Source of the DNA: a virus
Lineage: Duplodnaviria > Caudoviricetes
Reading direction: 5' to 3' (one strand)
DNA length: 56,620 nucleotides
IMG/VR virus record: IMGVR_UViG_3300036835_000176
Coordinates: 1-56,620 of that record
Made by a program: the position numbers and the translations under genes. Shown in pieces: positions 25,456-34,224 of the stretch. How positions within the stretch are numbered: position 1 is the stretch's first letter; each line of letters starts with the position of its first letter. The notes below the pieces were generated by a model. It was not told the origin of the DNA, did not search any database, and saw only the letters and a program-made list of their open reading frames with translations.

Positions 25456-26892
25456 CTATCCTTGTGAGGCAGCGCCTGCGGTTACTGCGGTGACGCTAGC
25501 GTTCTGGGCGGAGGGCGAAGCGACAATGGACGCCGCGCTGACCGTGGGACGTGGCAGAATCACGTGACCCTCGCCGCTCAGGCAGATCGTCGCGCCAGCC
25601 GATACGCTCTTGACCGCCTTCAGCGCAATAGCCGCAGCGGCAATGACCGCGATACCGGATTGTTTCAGCGCGAGGCTCGCGCCAGCGGAAACGCTGTTAT
25701 CGAGTGACTTCAGCGCGATACTGGCCTGCGCGCTCTGTGCGAGGTCGGTGGCTTTCAGTGCCAGTGTTGCGGCGGCTGACTTGCTCAGAGTCGCGGATAG
25801 CGCGATTGACGCCGCTGCGCTCTGGGCGAGGTCTACGCTTTTCAGGGCAACCGTAGCGCCCGCGCTCTTCGTGTTGTCTGCGGACTTCAATGCAATGCTG
25901 GCCGCTGCCGAGACGCTAGTAACGCCAGCATCGGCTAGCGCGATGGTCGCGCCTGCTGAGACCGTATTATCAGCCGAGAGTAGCGCGATGGACGCGTCCG
26001 CGTCTACCGTGTTGTCGGCGCTCAGGAGCGCGAGACTGGCCGCAGCGGATTGCTGGTTATCAACGCTCTTGAGCGCAACCGTCGCGGCGGCTGACTTGCT
26101 CAGGGAGGCCAGGAGCGCAATCGAGGCTGCGGCGCTTTTGCTGAGAGTGGCCGAAAGCGCGATGCTGGCCGCAGCGCTCTTGGCGTTATCTATCGACTTG
26201 AGCGCGATACTAGCCGCTGCGCTTTTGGTGAGGTCAGCCGCTTTGAGTGCGAGAGTGGCCGCAGCGGAGACCGATGAGGAGGTCGCGCCGGGCTTGAGCG
26301 CGACGATAGCCGAGCATGCGCCGTTGTTGGCGTCTCCGAATGACCATGCCTCGTTGCCATAACTGGTCGCGGTCGTCACGAGCCGGTATTGCGACCCCAT
26401 CCCATCAAACGTCCCACCGGTCGGCGTCGCGGCGGTATAGGGTGAGGAGTCGGACCAGTTCGCGCCATTCCAGAACGCCTGACAGGCGGCAAGCATGTCA
26501 TTGGCGACGGTGGTTGTGATCGAGGGGAGGCGCTTATCGGTATGCGAGTCGCGGATGCCATGCACATCAATTGGCGAGGCGTTGTCCACGCCGGTGAAGG
26601 CGAGTATCTGGACTTCGGCGAACGTGTTACCGCTGACCGTCCAGGTGTAGGTAGACGGCTCACTGCCACCGGCGACGAGGTAGTAACTGCGCAGGATGAA
26701 CGATTGGCCGGATGTGCTCGCCTGGGTATCAATCTGTGTCCAGCCGCTCGGCGGCGTGATGGTGTGGCTGCCCTCGATGAGCAGGAACGCGATAAGCACA
26801 TCACCCGATGCGACGCCCGATGGCTTTGTGCCCGCAACGCCGGAGCCATTGCCGGGTTTTGTGAGACTGGCGCTGCGGAATGCGATAGCCAT
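25456..26892 (-). CDS. Putative virion fibre protein: N-terminal beta domain plus ~16 tandem 14-16-aa repeats
   Basis: PSGVASGDVLI..PPSGWT..EPSTYTW domain; repeats of SAAASIAL. Confidence 0.7.
   Translation of the reverse strand: MAIAFRSASLTKPGNGSGVAGTKPSGVASGDVLIAFLLIEGSHTITPPSGWTQIDTQASTSGQSFILRSYYLVAGGSEPSTYTWTVSGNTFAEVQILAFTGVDNASPIDVHGIRDSHTDKRLPSITTTVANDMLAACQAFWNGANWSDSSPYTAATPTGGTFDGMGSQYRLVTTATSYGNEAWSFGDANNGACSAIVALKPGATSSSVSAAATLALKAADLTKSAAASIALKSIDNAKSAAASIALSATLSKSAAASIALLASLSKSAAATVALKSVDNQQSAAASLALLSADNTVDADASIALLSADNTVSAGATIALADAGVTSVSAAASIALKSADNTKSAGATVALKSVDLAQSAAASIALSATLSKSAAATLALKATDLAQSAQASIALKSLDNSVSAGASLALKQSGIAVIAAAAIALKAVKSVSAGATICLSGEGHVILPRPTVSAASIVASPSAQNASVTAVTAGAASQG
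25580..26280 (-). repeat. Coding tandem repeats (consensus SAAASIAL-K/S-S-x-D), approximate bounds
   Basis: 16 units counted in the translation. Confidence 0.8.
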
Positions 26893-26900
26893 GACTTACC

Positions 26901-27341
26901 TCACAGCCGTTTGCGGTCGTCTGTGAGGACACAAGAGCCATCATCGAAGAGCGCGAGCAATGTCTTGACGGTGCGGCGCCCAATCTTCTGCTGATAGCCA
27001 ATGACCGTCGCGCGTGGGTCTTGCGCGACGGGCGCGCCAGGATCAAGGATGGCGTAGGCTTGCCGGATACGAAACAGGATCGGTTGCGCGCCGTCAGGGA
27101 TCAGCACGAAGACTTGCTGGAGCGCACCGTAACGTTCGGGATACTGTGGAATGAGCGCAAGCGTCTGCGGTGGATGGGCGACGATCAGTGCGAAGTTGCG
27201 ATGTTCGCCGGTTTCTTCGCAGTATTCGCTAATCGTCTCGCCATTCGCATAGACCGCCAGCCAGTGCCAGGGATCGAACATGTTATCCTCTGGCATGGCT
27301 GGATTCGGTTTGGCGACATGCGGGTTGTTCGGGTCAAGCAT
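26901..27341 (-). CDS. Hypothetical phage protein
   Basis: In operon; W.AVY..G and IGYQ motifs. Confidence 0.65.
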   Translation of the reverse strand: MLDPNNPHVAKPNPAMPEDNMFDPWHWLAVYANGETISEYCEETGEHRNFALIVAHPPQTLALIPQYPERYGALQQVFVLIPDGAQPILFRIRQAYAILDPGAPVAQDPRATVIGYQQKIGRRTVKTLLALFDDGSCVLTDDRKRL

Positions 27342-27395
27342 GGAATTGCTCGCTTCCCGTCGTAGTCACGATCATTGAATTGACCGTCAAGCAAG

Positions 27396-27950
27396 CTAGC
27401 TCTCATCGTATGTTATGGTCAAGTTGGGCAATGCCGTGCTCGCGTTGCCGCCACCGGCGTAGGCGGCTGCCACGGCGGCGACGGTCTGCGCGTACTTGCC
27501 ACACTTCGCGCTGTTGGTCGCTGAGCCGCCGGTGGAGTCGTACGTGTAGTCAGAGGTCGAGAGCGCGGTGTAGTTCGTCGGCGCGGCGCCGTTCGTGACG
27601 CTATCATCGGCGGGGTAGTTGCCGCTGGAAGTCCCCTGCGAGCCGTTGTTCTGCACATACGAGGATGCGCCGCCGGTGAGTGTGTGAACCTCTAAGCCGG
27701 ACGTAATGGAACTGGCGAGCTTGATCCGCAGGTTTGACAGCGTGGTCGAGCCGCCGCCGCTACTCACGTAGAGCGAGAGCTGGCGGTAGTAGCTAAACCG
27801 GCGCGTGCTGCCCGTGGGGATGGTGATGGGGCTGGCGGTATCGTTGTACGTGTCACTGCGCGAGAACGAGACTGAGCCGGTACCGCTCGTGACATCGTGT
27901 GAGGTCGGGCCGCTACCATCCCACGCCCTCACTTGCGTAACAGCAGCCAT
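27396..27950 (-). CDS. Putative structural protein (S/T/G-rich beta protein)
   Basis: SD AGAGG; composition; ends LTITYDES. Confidence 0.65.
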   Translation of the reverse strand: MAAVTQVRAWDGSGPTSHDVTSGTGSVSFSRSDTYNDTASPITIPTGSTRRFSYYRQLSLYVSSGGGSTTLSNLRIKLASSITSGLEVHTLTGGASSYVQNNGSQGTSSGNYPADDSVTNGAAPTNYTALSTSDYTYDSTGGSATNSAKCGKYAQTVAAVAAAYAGGGNASTALPNLTITYDES

Positions 27951-27954
27951 GTGG

Positions 27955-28149
27955 CTACCTCTCTTTGCAACGCCCAAGCGCCACAGCGGCGGGGCCGATA
28001 CCGTGTGCGAGGTCTAACGCCGCGCGCCAGACGGATTGCTCAGGACGGATAAAGAGCCAGATGACGAGCCACGCTTTGCGGTCAAGCGCGTGGCGCTCGC
28101 AGAAGCGCTCGAAGCGTTCAGGGTGTACGCGGTAACTGTTGGCGCGCAT
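27955..28149 (-). CDS. Hypothetical protein
   Basis: SD AGAGG; overlaps 28014..28379. Confidence 0.35.
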   Translation of the reverse strand: MRANSYRVHPERFERFCERHALDRKAWLVIWLFIRPEQSVWRAALDLAHGIGPAAVALGRCKER

Positions 28150-28379
28150 GGTCTGACCTCTAACTGGACGGCGGGGCGGCCACGCTGGAATGTCGCCAGC
28201 AACTTCGCGTGCCGTGACTGTGCCTCTTTGCGTACATCCGCCTGCGCGCTGTCATGTCCAGCGGTCTTGAGCGCCGCTTCGACTGCCGACGCCACCAACG
28301 CGGCGCTTGAGCGACTGCCGTACTCGCCAAGGCGATACCAGTGCGAACCGAGCGCGACGCGATACCACACCACGAACAT
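28014..28379 (-). CDS. Hypothetical protein
   Basis: SD GAAAGG before ATG. Confidence 0.4.
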   Translation of the reverse strand: MFVVWYRVALGSHWYRLGEYGSRSSAALVASAVEAALKTAGHDSAQADVRKEAQSRHAKLLATFQRGRPAVQLEVRPCAPTVTAYTLNASSASASATRLTAKRGSSSGSLSVLSNPSGARR

Positions 28380-28434
28380 GCGGCGACCTTTCAGGCTAGG
28401 CGATTTGCGGATTTACTGGCTGTAAGGTACACTT

Positions 28435-28464
28435 GATCTAGCGGAACTTAGATCGTGATATGAT
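28435..28464 (+). promoter_or_regulatory. Inverted repeat GATCTA-N8-TAGATC next to an extended -10 (TGATATGAT)
   Basis: Seen directly upstream of the tyrosine recombinase. Confidence 0.4.
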
Positions 28465-28501
28465 CGGGCTATTTTCGGGCCATATGAAAGGGGATTTTGT
28501 G

Positions 28502-29494
28502 ATGTCAGGGAACGAGATACGCGACGTGGAGATCATTGGGTATCACTCGTTGCCGTGGGAGGTTGACGCGCTACGCGAGTGGATGGCGTCGCTTCGTGGG
28601 CGCTCTGGCTCGCAGAAGACTTTGCGCGGCTATTGGGATACGTTTACCGACTTCGCGCGCACGCTCGCATCTGCGGGCTTCCGCCTTGATGACGATACGC
28701 AGGACGTGGCGCGCGTCGCGCGGGAATGGTCGGAGCGATGGGGCAAGGGCAAGCCACCATCTAAAGCGACCATCGCGCTACGCCTTACGGTTGTCAGCAG
28801 CTTCTATCGCTTCGCCCGGAAGCGGACGAAGTTCGACAAGGCCAACCCGATTGACTTGCTTGACCGGCCCAACGTGGCAGGATACGAGAAGGCGCGCCCA
28901 CTGCCATTCGGAACCGTGAGCGCCGCGCTCGCAAAGATTGACCGCTCAACGCCACAAGGCGCGCGTGACTACGCCTTGCTCTTGCTCGGCTTGCGTACCG
29001 GCAAGCGCAAGTCAGAACTGGCCGCGCTGTCGTGGAGCGATCTGGCATTAGAGGGCGCTATCATCACCGTGACATGGCCGCGTCTGAAAGGTGACAAGAG
29101 CGCATGGACGGAATTGAGCGGCGAAGTATCTGACGCGCTCTTGGCGTGGCTGGAGATGGCCTATGGTCACATCAGCCCGAATGCGATCATTGCGCCGGAC
29201 GCGCCGGTGTGGATCTCATTCGCCCGCAGTCTGCCCAAGGGGCGTATCGAGCGTATGACGCCATCTGCTATCGCCTATATCTGCCAGAAACGGCTCGGTA
29301 CGTCGCGCGTTCACCGTTTGCGCCACACCTACGCGCGTGACTTACTCGCATCCGGCGCATCACCAACAGAGATACAGGCGCTCTTGGGGCATTCCAGCCT
29401 GGTCACGACAGACCGCTATCTGCCACACCTGACGCCAACGCGCGACCCATACGCTGTGAAGATTGCCGCGCTCTATGCTGAGAAGGGCGACTAG
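28502..29494 (+). CDS. Tyrosine recombinase (XerC/D-like)
   Basis: RDYALL..TGKRKSEL, KGDK, HRLRHTYA, LLGHSS..TT.RY. Confidence 0.92.
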   Translation: MSGNEIRDVEIIGYHSLPWEVDALREWMASLRGRSGSQKTLRGYWDTFTDFARTLASAGFRLDDDTQDVARVAREWSERWGKGKPPSKATIALRLTVVSSFYRFARKRTKFDKANPIDLLDRPNVAGYEKARPLPFGTVSAALAKIDRSTPQGARDYALLLLGLRTGKRKSELAALSWSDLALEGAIITVTWPRLKGDKSAWTELSGEVSDALLAWLEMAYGHISPNAIIAPDAPVWISFARSLPKGRIERMTPSAIAYICQKRLGTSRVHRLRHTYARDLLASGASPTEIQALLGHSSLVTTDRYLPHLTPTRDPYAVKIAALYAEKGD

Positions 29495-29620
29495 AAAGGC
29501 GATGGCCCCGGCAGGCGACAGGGGGAGAGGAACCTATCGTCAGCGCTCCTGCCGGGGAAGCCAGAGGCCCGATGGGGTGACTTACACATCCGGAGTAAGC
29601 CGTACGGTCCCCACCGGGCC
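29494..29620 (-). ncRNA. Tandem hairpins at a convergent junction; one with an anti-SD-like loop
   Basis: CCCCGGCAGG/CCTGCCGGGG stem, inner CGATAGG/CCTGTCG with loop TTCCTCTCCC; second 12-bp stem 29566..29620. Confidence 0.4.
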
Positions 29621-29623
29621 AGA

Positions 29624-29812
29624 TTAGAAGATCACGGCTAGCAGCCACTTGAGCAACGGGCGCCGGTATCTGCAGGAGTCACAGGTGCGTTGCGTGGGCG
29701 AACAAGAGACATCGCATTCCGGGCAACGCCAGCCAAAGGGATAATAGACGAGCCGCCTGTCAGCCTTCCATGGCAGTTGCGGCGTTGGCTCGTCGCGTTC
29801 CGGCTTATTCAT
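29624..29812 (-). CDS. Small zinc-finger protein
   Basis: GWRCPEC..SP..CDSC. Confidence 0.55.
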   Translation of the reverse strand: MNKPERDEPTPQLPWKADRRLVYYPFGWRCPECDVSCSPTQRTCDSCRYRRPLLKWLLAVIF

Positions 29813-30036
29813 CGGCGCTCAAGCCAGTCCAACATATTCAGCGCCGTACGTTGCGATAGGCGCCGCCCATCGTGCATCTGCACGTAGATGGGCCAGCGCT
29901 GGCACGCTAGCGTCAGGAGCCACGCTCGCATCGCCTTGGGCATTGGCAATGCTCTCAGGACCGTGACGGCGCGCAGAAGCTTGTTGATGTTGGATACGTT
30001 GATGTGTACCCGCGCCTTCAACTCGCTCGCGCTCAT
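29809..30036 (-). CDS. Hypothetical protein
   Basis: ATGA coupling; operon position. Confidence 0.5.
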   Translation of the reverse strand: MSASELKARVHINVSNINKLLRAVTVLRALPMPKAMRAWLLTLACQRWPIYVQMHDGRRLSQRTALNMLDWLERR

Positions 30037-30137
30037 GTCTACATCCGTTCCTGTTTCAGAGTATGCGCCGCCATCGCGTCATCCAGGTTTACCGTCTCAA
30101 GACGGAAGGTGTGGGAACCGCTCGCCTAATGTGTCTA

Positions 30138-30707
30138 CTACCCGCAGGACTCGCGCATCTGCGTTCTTCTGGCCTTCGCAACAACCGCGTAATGCGTTTG
30201 CCGCCAGTAGAACGGAACGAGCCGGACCAGTAGATTTAACTCGCTCGACAGCTTGATAGGCTTCATGCTCACGGCTTCGGCGGCTTGCGCCACCGTCCGC
30301 TCATCTCGCCAGATCATGACCGCCGCGTCGGTCACCTGCTTGCCAAACCTGGCGTACAAGCGACCCTTGACGTAGCTGACATCCCACCATGCCGCGTCAC
30401 CCCGTTGCTCTGCGACCCATCGCGGAAGTGAATCCTTGATATATCGCGTGAACTCCGGCGCATACGCGCATCCGCCTAAGCGGTCTGGTGTGGCGTCCTT
30501 TCCCTCAACGCTGTCTACCTCCAGGACGTTAATCCTGCCAGGCACACTATCGTGTCGGGTAATGGCTGGCCCTATCGTGTACACCGGCGGGTCAGGGCGA
30601 TAGGCGGGAATATGCGAGGCGGGCGTGCCGTCCATACGGACTGACGCATTGCGCGCCCGGCGCTTCCTGCTCACACGGCTCCTGCTCCTGGGCTTGACAA
30701 CGATCAT
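30138..30707 (-). CDS. Putative late transcription regulator with C-terminal HTH
   Basis: TVAQAAEAVSMK HTH-like segment; end of replication operon; own promoter. Confidence 0.45.
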   Translation of the reverse strand: MIVVKPRSRSRVSRKRRARNASVRMDGTPASHIPAYRPDPPVYTIGPAITRHDSVPGRINVLEVDSVEGKDATPDRLGGCAYAPEFTRYIKDSLPRWVAEQRGDAAWWDVSYVKGRLYARFGKQVTDAAVMIWRDERTVAQAAEAVSMKPIKLSSELNLLVRLVPFYWRQTHYAVVAKARRTQMRESCG

Positions 30708-30735
30708 GGAAAGCCAAAAGCAAACGTCATCAAAA

Positions 30736-30765
30736 GTGATACCACGAAGGTTCCACGCGTGTCAA
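30736..30765 (-). promoter_or_regulatory. Sigma70-type promoter TTGACA-18-TATCAC
   Basis: Consensus -35; TG extension. Confidence 0.55.
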
Positions 30766-30805
30766 GTGCGAAATGCTATTGGTGGAACTTTTGGCTATGC
30801 AAAGA

Positions 30806-31159
30806 TCATGCACGCCCTTGGTAGAGCCTATGTCCGCACGGTTTCGCGCAGGCACAGCGCCCGATCTGGACTCGCTTCTCGACTGCGACGCCGCAATGTG
30901 GGCAAACGTTCGTGTCCAGGGCGCGCAGATATTTCGCCAGCGCCTCATCAGACTGCCGTTTCTGCTCTGCCCACTCCTCTGGCGTCAGTGAGGCAAAGGA
31001 AGGGCATTCACCACAAATAGACGAGCCTTCATAGCACGGGCGCGGCCCCGGCTTGGGATAGGCGATGCCAGCCTTGCAGACCTCGGCGGGCATGATGTAA
31101 TGGCGACACCAGCCGCCTAGCGGATGCTTGCGTATATCCTGGCTATCCTGAGTCATCAC
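30806..31159 (-). CDS. Cys-rich hypothetical protein
   Basis: Multiple Cys pairs (CPHCG, PCGH). Confidence 0.6.
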   Translation of the reverse strand: MMTQDSQDIRKHPLGGWCRHYIMPAEVCKAGIAYPKPGPRPCYEGSSICGECPSFASLTPEEWAEQKRQSDEALAKYLRALDTNVCPHCGVAVEKRVQIGRCACAKPCGHRLYQGRA

Positions 31160-31160
31160 C

Positions 31161-31430
31161 CTATCCTTCCCGCAACTCGCGCAGTATCTCGCGCGCTTGC
31201 TTTACCCACACGGTTATCTCCTCATGATGGACGAGTGCGAGATCATGCGCGACTGGCACATCAGCCACTGCCTCGGCAAGCTCTATCAGCCGCTCGGCGA
31301 TATTATTACGCTTGGCGGAATCGTCCAGCGCGTGCGCCAACGGCGTGTACTCGCCCAACGCTTCGGCGGCGGCCTCATCGCGGCGGCGCGCCTTCTCGAC
31401 CAATTCGCGGCTGTCAGGGTCGTGTGTCAT
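31161..31430 (-). CDS. Hypothetical protein
   Basis: SD GGAG; operon packing. Confidence 0.6.
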   Translation of the reverse strand: MTHDPDSRELVEKARRRDEAAAEALGEYTPLAHALDDSAKRNNIAERLIELAEAVADVPVAHDLALVHHEEITVWVKQAREILRELREG

Positions 31431-31443
31431 GGGTTACTCCGCT

Positions 31444-32124
31444 CTAGTCTTCGCTGAACGAACGATTTTGCTTGGGGTCCGTGATGAACTCGCGTCCGCG
31501 TGGGTCAACTGCCGGACGGCTCGGAGAATCAATGAGCGCTACATCAGCTATCATCATGGCGATGTTGGCCAGCGCCGCCGCTGATTTGGCGATATCAGCG
31601 GAAGTGCTACGCTCCACCGCCTCACTCACTGCCGACACCTGACCGCGTAAGCGCCCAGCTAGCATGCGCAGGTTGCGCCGGTCACGCCATCCAGGCTCAT
31701 CATCATGAAGCGCCAAATCGGCTTCCATTTGATCGGCAAACCAGAGAAGAACCTTGCGCGCCTTACGTTGGCTTGAGATGGTACGCAGCATAGATTTCAC
31801 ATAGGCGAGGCGCGCATTGATGATTGCAAGGCGCTTCTTGACCGCAATTGATTCCTGCGTCTTGCGATCCTTGTAGGCGAAGAAGTTCCGCTTTGCGTTG
31901 TAGTCATATTCCCCATTCCGCAACGATACCTGCTGTCGATGGAGAATGTCCGCGCGAATCTCTGCGAGTTGTGTGTCCGCCTCCTGCTTGAATACCGCAA
32001 GCAACCCCTTCCACTGCACAAGCCCCTCATGCATGTGCAGGAATGCCCTGTCCTCATCTGACGCTGAATCCGCAAGTTCGCGCTCAACGACCTGGCGGAA
32101 GTCAGTTGCGCTCATCAGTTCCAT
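31444..32124 (-). CDS. Hypothetical protein with MazG-like C-terminal helices
   Basis: FADQMEADL..GW..ALANIAMMIAD; SD GAGGA before ATG 32124. Confidence 0.55.
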   Translation of the reverse strand: MELMSATDFRQVVERELADSASDEDRAFLHMHEGLVQWKGLLAVFKQEADTQLAEIRADILHRQQVSLRNGEYDYNAKRNFFAYKDRKTQESIAVKKRLAIINARLAYVKSMLRTISSQRKARKVLLWFADQMEADLALHDDEPGWRDRRNLRMLAGRLRGQVSAVSEAVERSTSADIAKSAAALANIAMMIADVALIDSPSRPAVDPRGREFITDPKQNRSFSED

Positions 32125-32125
32125 G

Positions 32126-32635
32126 TTATTCCTCTTGATTTTGTGGCGCTGGCAGCATGGGCGGCGTCGCGCTCGGCAAGAGCGGCGGCATGCGTCCACT
32201 CGCGTAGACATCGTGTAGTTGCGGCTCAAGCCATTGCCCGACCGTCTGATGATCCGGCAAAAGCATTTGCGCCAGGAACGCGCTCTCGAAGGTTTCGACG
32301 CCGGAATCAATCGCTACCAGCTTCGCCTTGACGATCATGTACAGCGCGCGCCAGCGCTCCCGTAGCGCCTGCTCGTACAGGTTGCGCGCGGCAGTCTCCG
32401 AACGCGCACGCCAACTATCCAAGTGGGTAAACCGGCGCTCTTTGGCGTCAGGCAGAGGCAAGGTGATGCGCACTTGCCAGCCATCCTTCTTGAACAGCAG
32501 CGCCGCCATTGGCCCTTCGGTCATGTAGGCGAACGCCGTAGCGCCAAAGCGCGTCAACTCATGCTCGATGTCTGCCTTGGTCTTTGCCACCGCTACCGTT
32601 GTGCCAGCGGCGTACGTCCGCTTCGTTGTTGTCAT
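32126..32635 (-). CDS. Conserved phage hypothetical protein
   Basis: YAAGTTV..KADIE..FGA..RWRAL..KAKL..FESAFL. Confidence 0.7.
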   Translation of the reverse strand: MTTTKRTYAAGTTVAVAKTKADIEHELTRFGATAFAYMTEGPMAALLFKKDGWQVRITLPLPDAKERRFTHLDSWRARSETAARNLYEQALRERWRALYMIVKAKLVAIDSGVETFESAFLAQMLLPDHQTVGQWLEPQLHDVYASGRMPPLLPSATPPMLPAPQNQEE

Positions 32636-32659
32636 GTCCTTTTCCTCTCCCCTTCATCC

Positions 32660-33517
32660 CTAACTCTTCGCCATCACCGGAACCATGATATTGCGCCCGG
32701 TATCCGCCGCGTAGCGCTGACCATCAGGACATTGCCCGATGTAACCGCAATAGCAGCACAAAGGCCCTGTGCGCGGCTCGAAGACGTTGCGCTCTTTCGC
32801 CCACTCTATCGCCTGCGCGGCTTCCGTCACATGGCCGACGTACGCGGCGATCTGCCCGGACGTACGCTGTGTGATGCGTATGTCGCTGTCGCAGCGGTAC
32901 GCGCCCGCCTGCGCGCTCGTGACGCCTAGCACGATGAAGATAACCTTGCTCGCGCGCTCAGGCTGTGGCCGCTGCGCTTCGGCCCAGAGATACGCACTCG
33001 CCTGTGGCTTTTTGTGTTCTTCGCTCACCGGCCACGGCTTGCTGGCAGTCTTCCAATCCACAATCCCAACCGAACCGTCTCTCAGCTTCGCGCGGGCGTC
33101 TATGCGTCCGGTGAAGTCCCAATCCGGCATACCGGGCAGCGGGAAGCTAAACGCTTCTTCGACGGATGAAGGCGTGAAGTAGGGCTGTATCTGCTCGACA
33201 TAGGCGCGCAGGATGGCAAGTCCCTTCGTCTTCATCGTGTCTATCGCATCGCGCGACAGCAGCCCGTCAGGATCGTCTTGCTGTAGCTGGCGATCCAACG
33301 CGCCGCCAAAGAGCGAGACGAGCGCGGGCAGCGGGAGCGAGTGCTTGCCGTGCGATTCGATAGCGGTCAAGCCGTCCTGCTCGATTGCGTAGTGGGCAGC
33401 CGACCCCGTGATGAGTGCTTCCGAGGGGCTAGCCTTCTTGCGGTGGATTTTCTGAAACGCCCACTTGGCCGGGCATTGCTGCCATGTTTCCAACTGCGAA
33501 TGGCTCAGGGATGTCAT
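32660..33517 (-). CDS. PD-(D/E)XK RecB/Cas4-like exonuclease
   Basis: LSHSQLE..CP..GSAAH..E..GRID..VDWKT..Q..Y..C.YC..C. Confidence 0.85.
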   Translation of the reverse strand: MTSLSHSQLETWQQCPAKWAFQKIHRKKASPSEALITGSAAHYAIEQDGLTAIESHGKHSLPLPALVSLFGGALDRQLQQDDPDGLLSRDAIDTMKTKGLAILRAYVEQIQPYFTPSSVEEAFSFPLPGMPDWDFTGRIDARAKLRDGSVGIVDWKTASKPWPVSEEHKKPQASAYLWAEAQRPQPERASKVIFIVLGVTSAQAGAYRCDSDIRITQRTSGQIAAYVGHVTEAAQAIEWAKERNVFEPRTGPLCCYCGYIGQCPDGQRYAADTGRNIMVPVMAKS

Positions 33518-33529
33518 GGCTTTGTCCTT

Positions 33530-34201
33530 TCAGTGCCGATATGGCCCGTCAAGATCGGGTGGATTATTCCAGGCGTCGCCATGGCGCCGCGCAAGTTCTG
33601 CGTATTGCTCATCGCTCATGCGCGTCACGCCAAAGCCAATGGGCAGCACGTTGAGCATCCGCATGCGCTCAGGCAATACCGGGCTGTTGGGATCACCGAC
33701 CTGGAGCGACGGATCGTAGGATGTCTCGTTCACCCACGCGGTTTGCGTCATGAGCGCAAGCACATTGGCGTCTGGGTTCGGTTCGCCACGCCATGTTTGC
33801 GCCTGCCAGTTGCGCTGGTTGTGTTCGTACGCGGTTGAGCCGCCGAGGGCGCGCATGGTGTGCGCGTGTTTCAGCCACGCCAGAGACGGCATGGTGTCTA
33901 CCAACTCGCGTACCTTCGCGGTACGCCGCGTGACGTGTTCGAGCCGGTAGACCTCGGCCTCACAGAGACGGCAGAAGACGAGAAACGTCATCGGGTCCGG
34001 TTGGCGGCGTGGCTTGTAGGCGCGGAAGGTTCCCACCGCGCGCGGCGCGTCTGGCCCGCCAGCAATACAGGCGCGACAGAAGAACTGCGTTGCACCCTTG
34101 CGCGCCATCGGGTAGGCGTGATTCGCGCAGTGTGGTCGCCCGCAGCGCGCGCAGGAACGGCCAGCGTCACCCGCGCAATGTTCAACGGCGCATGCTGGCA
34201 T
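33530..34201 (-). CDS. Hypothetical protein with zinc fingers
   Basis: CARCG..C..H..CRAC; SD GAAAGGA. Confidence 0.6.
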   Translation of the reverse strand: MPACAVEHCAGDAGRSCARCGRPHCANHAYPMARKGATQFFCRACIAGGPDAPRAVGTFRAYKPRRQPDPMTFLVFCRLCEAEVYRLEHVTRRTAKVRELVDTMPSLAWLKHAHTMRALGGSTAYEHNQRNWQAQTWRGEPNPDANVLALMTQTAWVNETSYDPSLQVGDPNSPVLPERMRMLNVLPIGFGVTRMSDEQYAELARRHGDAWNNPPDLDGPYRH

Positions 34202-34224
34202 GGTTGTTTGTCCTTTCCTTCCCT

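Noticed and set aside
25610-26362. 250-aa repetitive plus-strand ORF; possible CRISPR-like array
   Set aside because: Antisense of the coding repeats; units are degenerate at wobble positions and lack unique spacers
32660-33517. Cas4 as a sign of a CRISPR system
   Set aside because: No array or other cas genes; stand-alone PD-(D/E)XK nucleases are common in phage recombination modules
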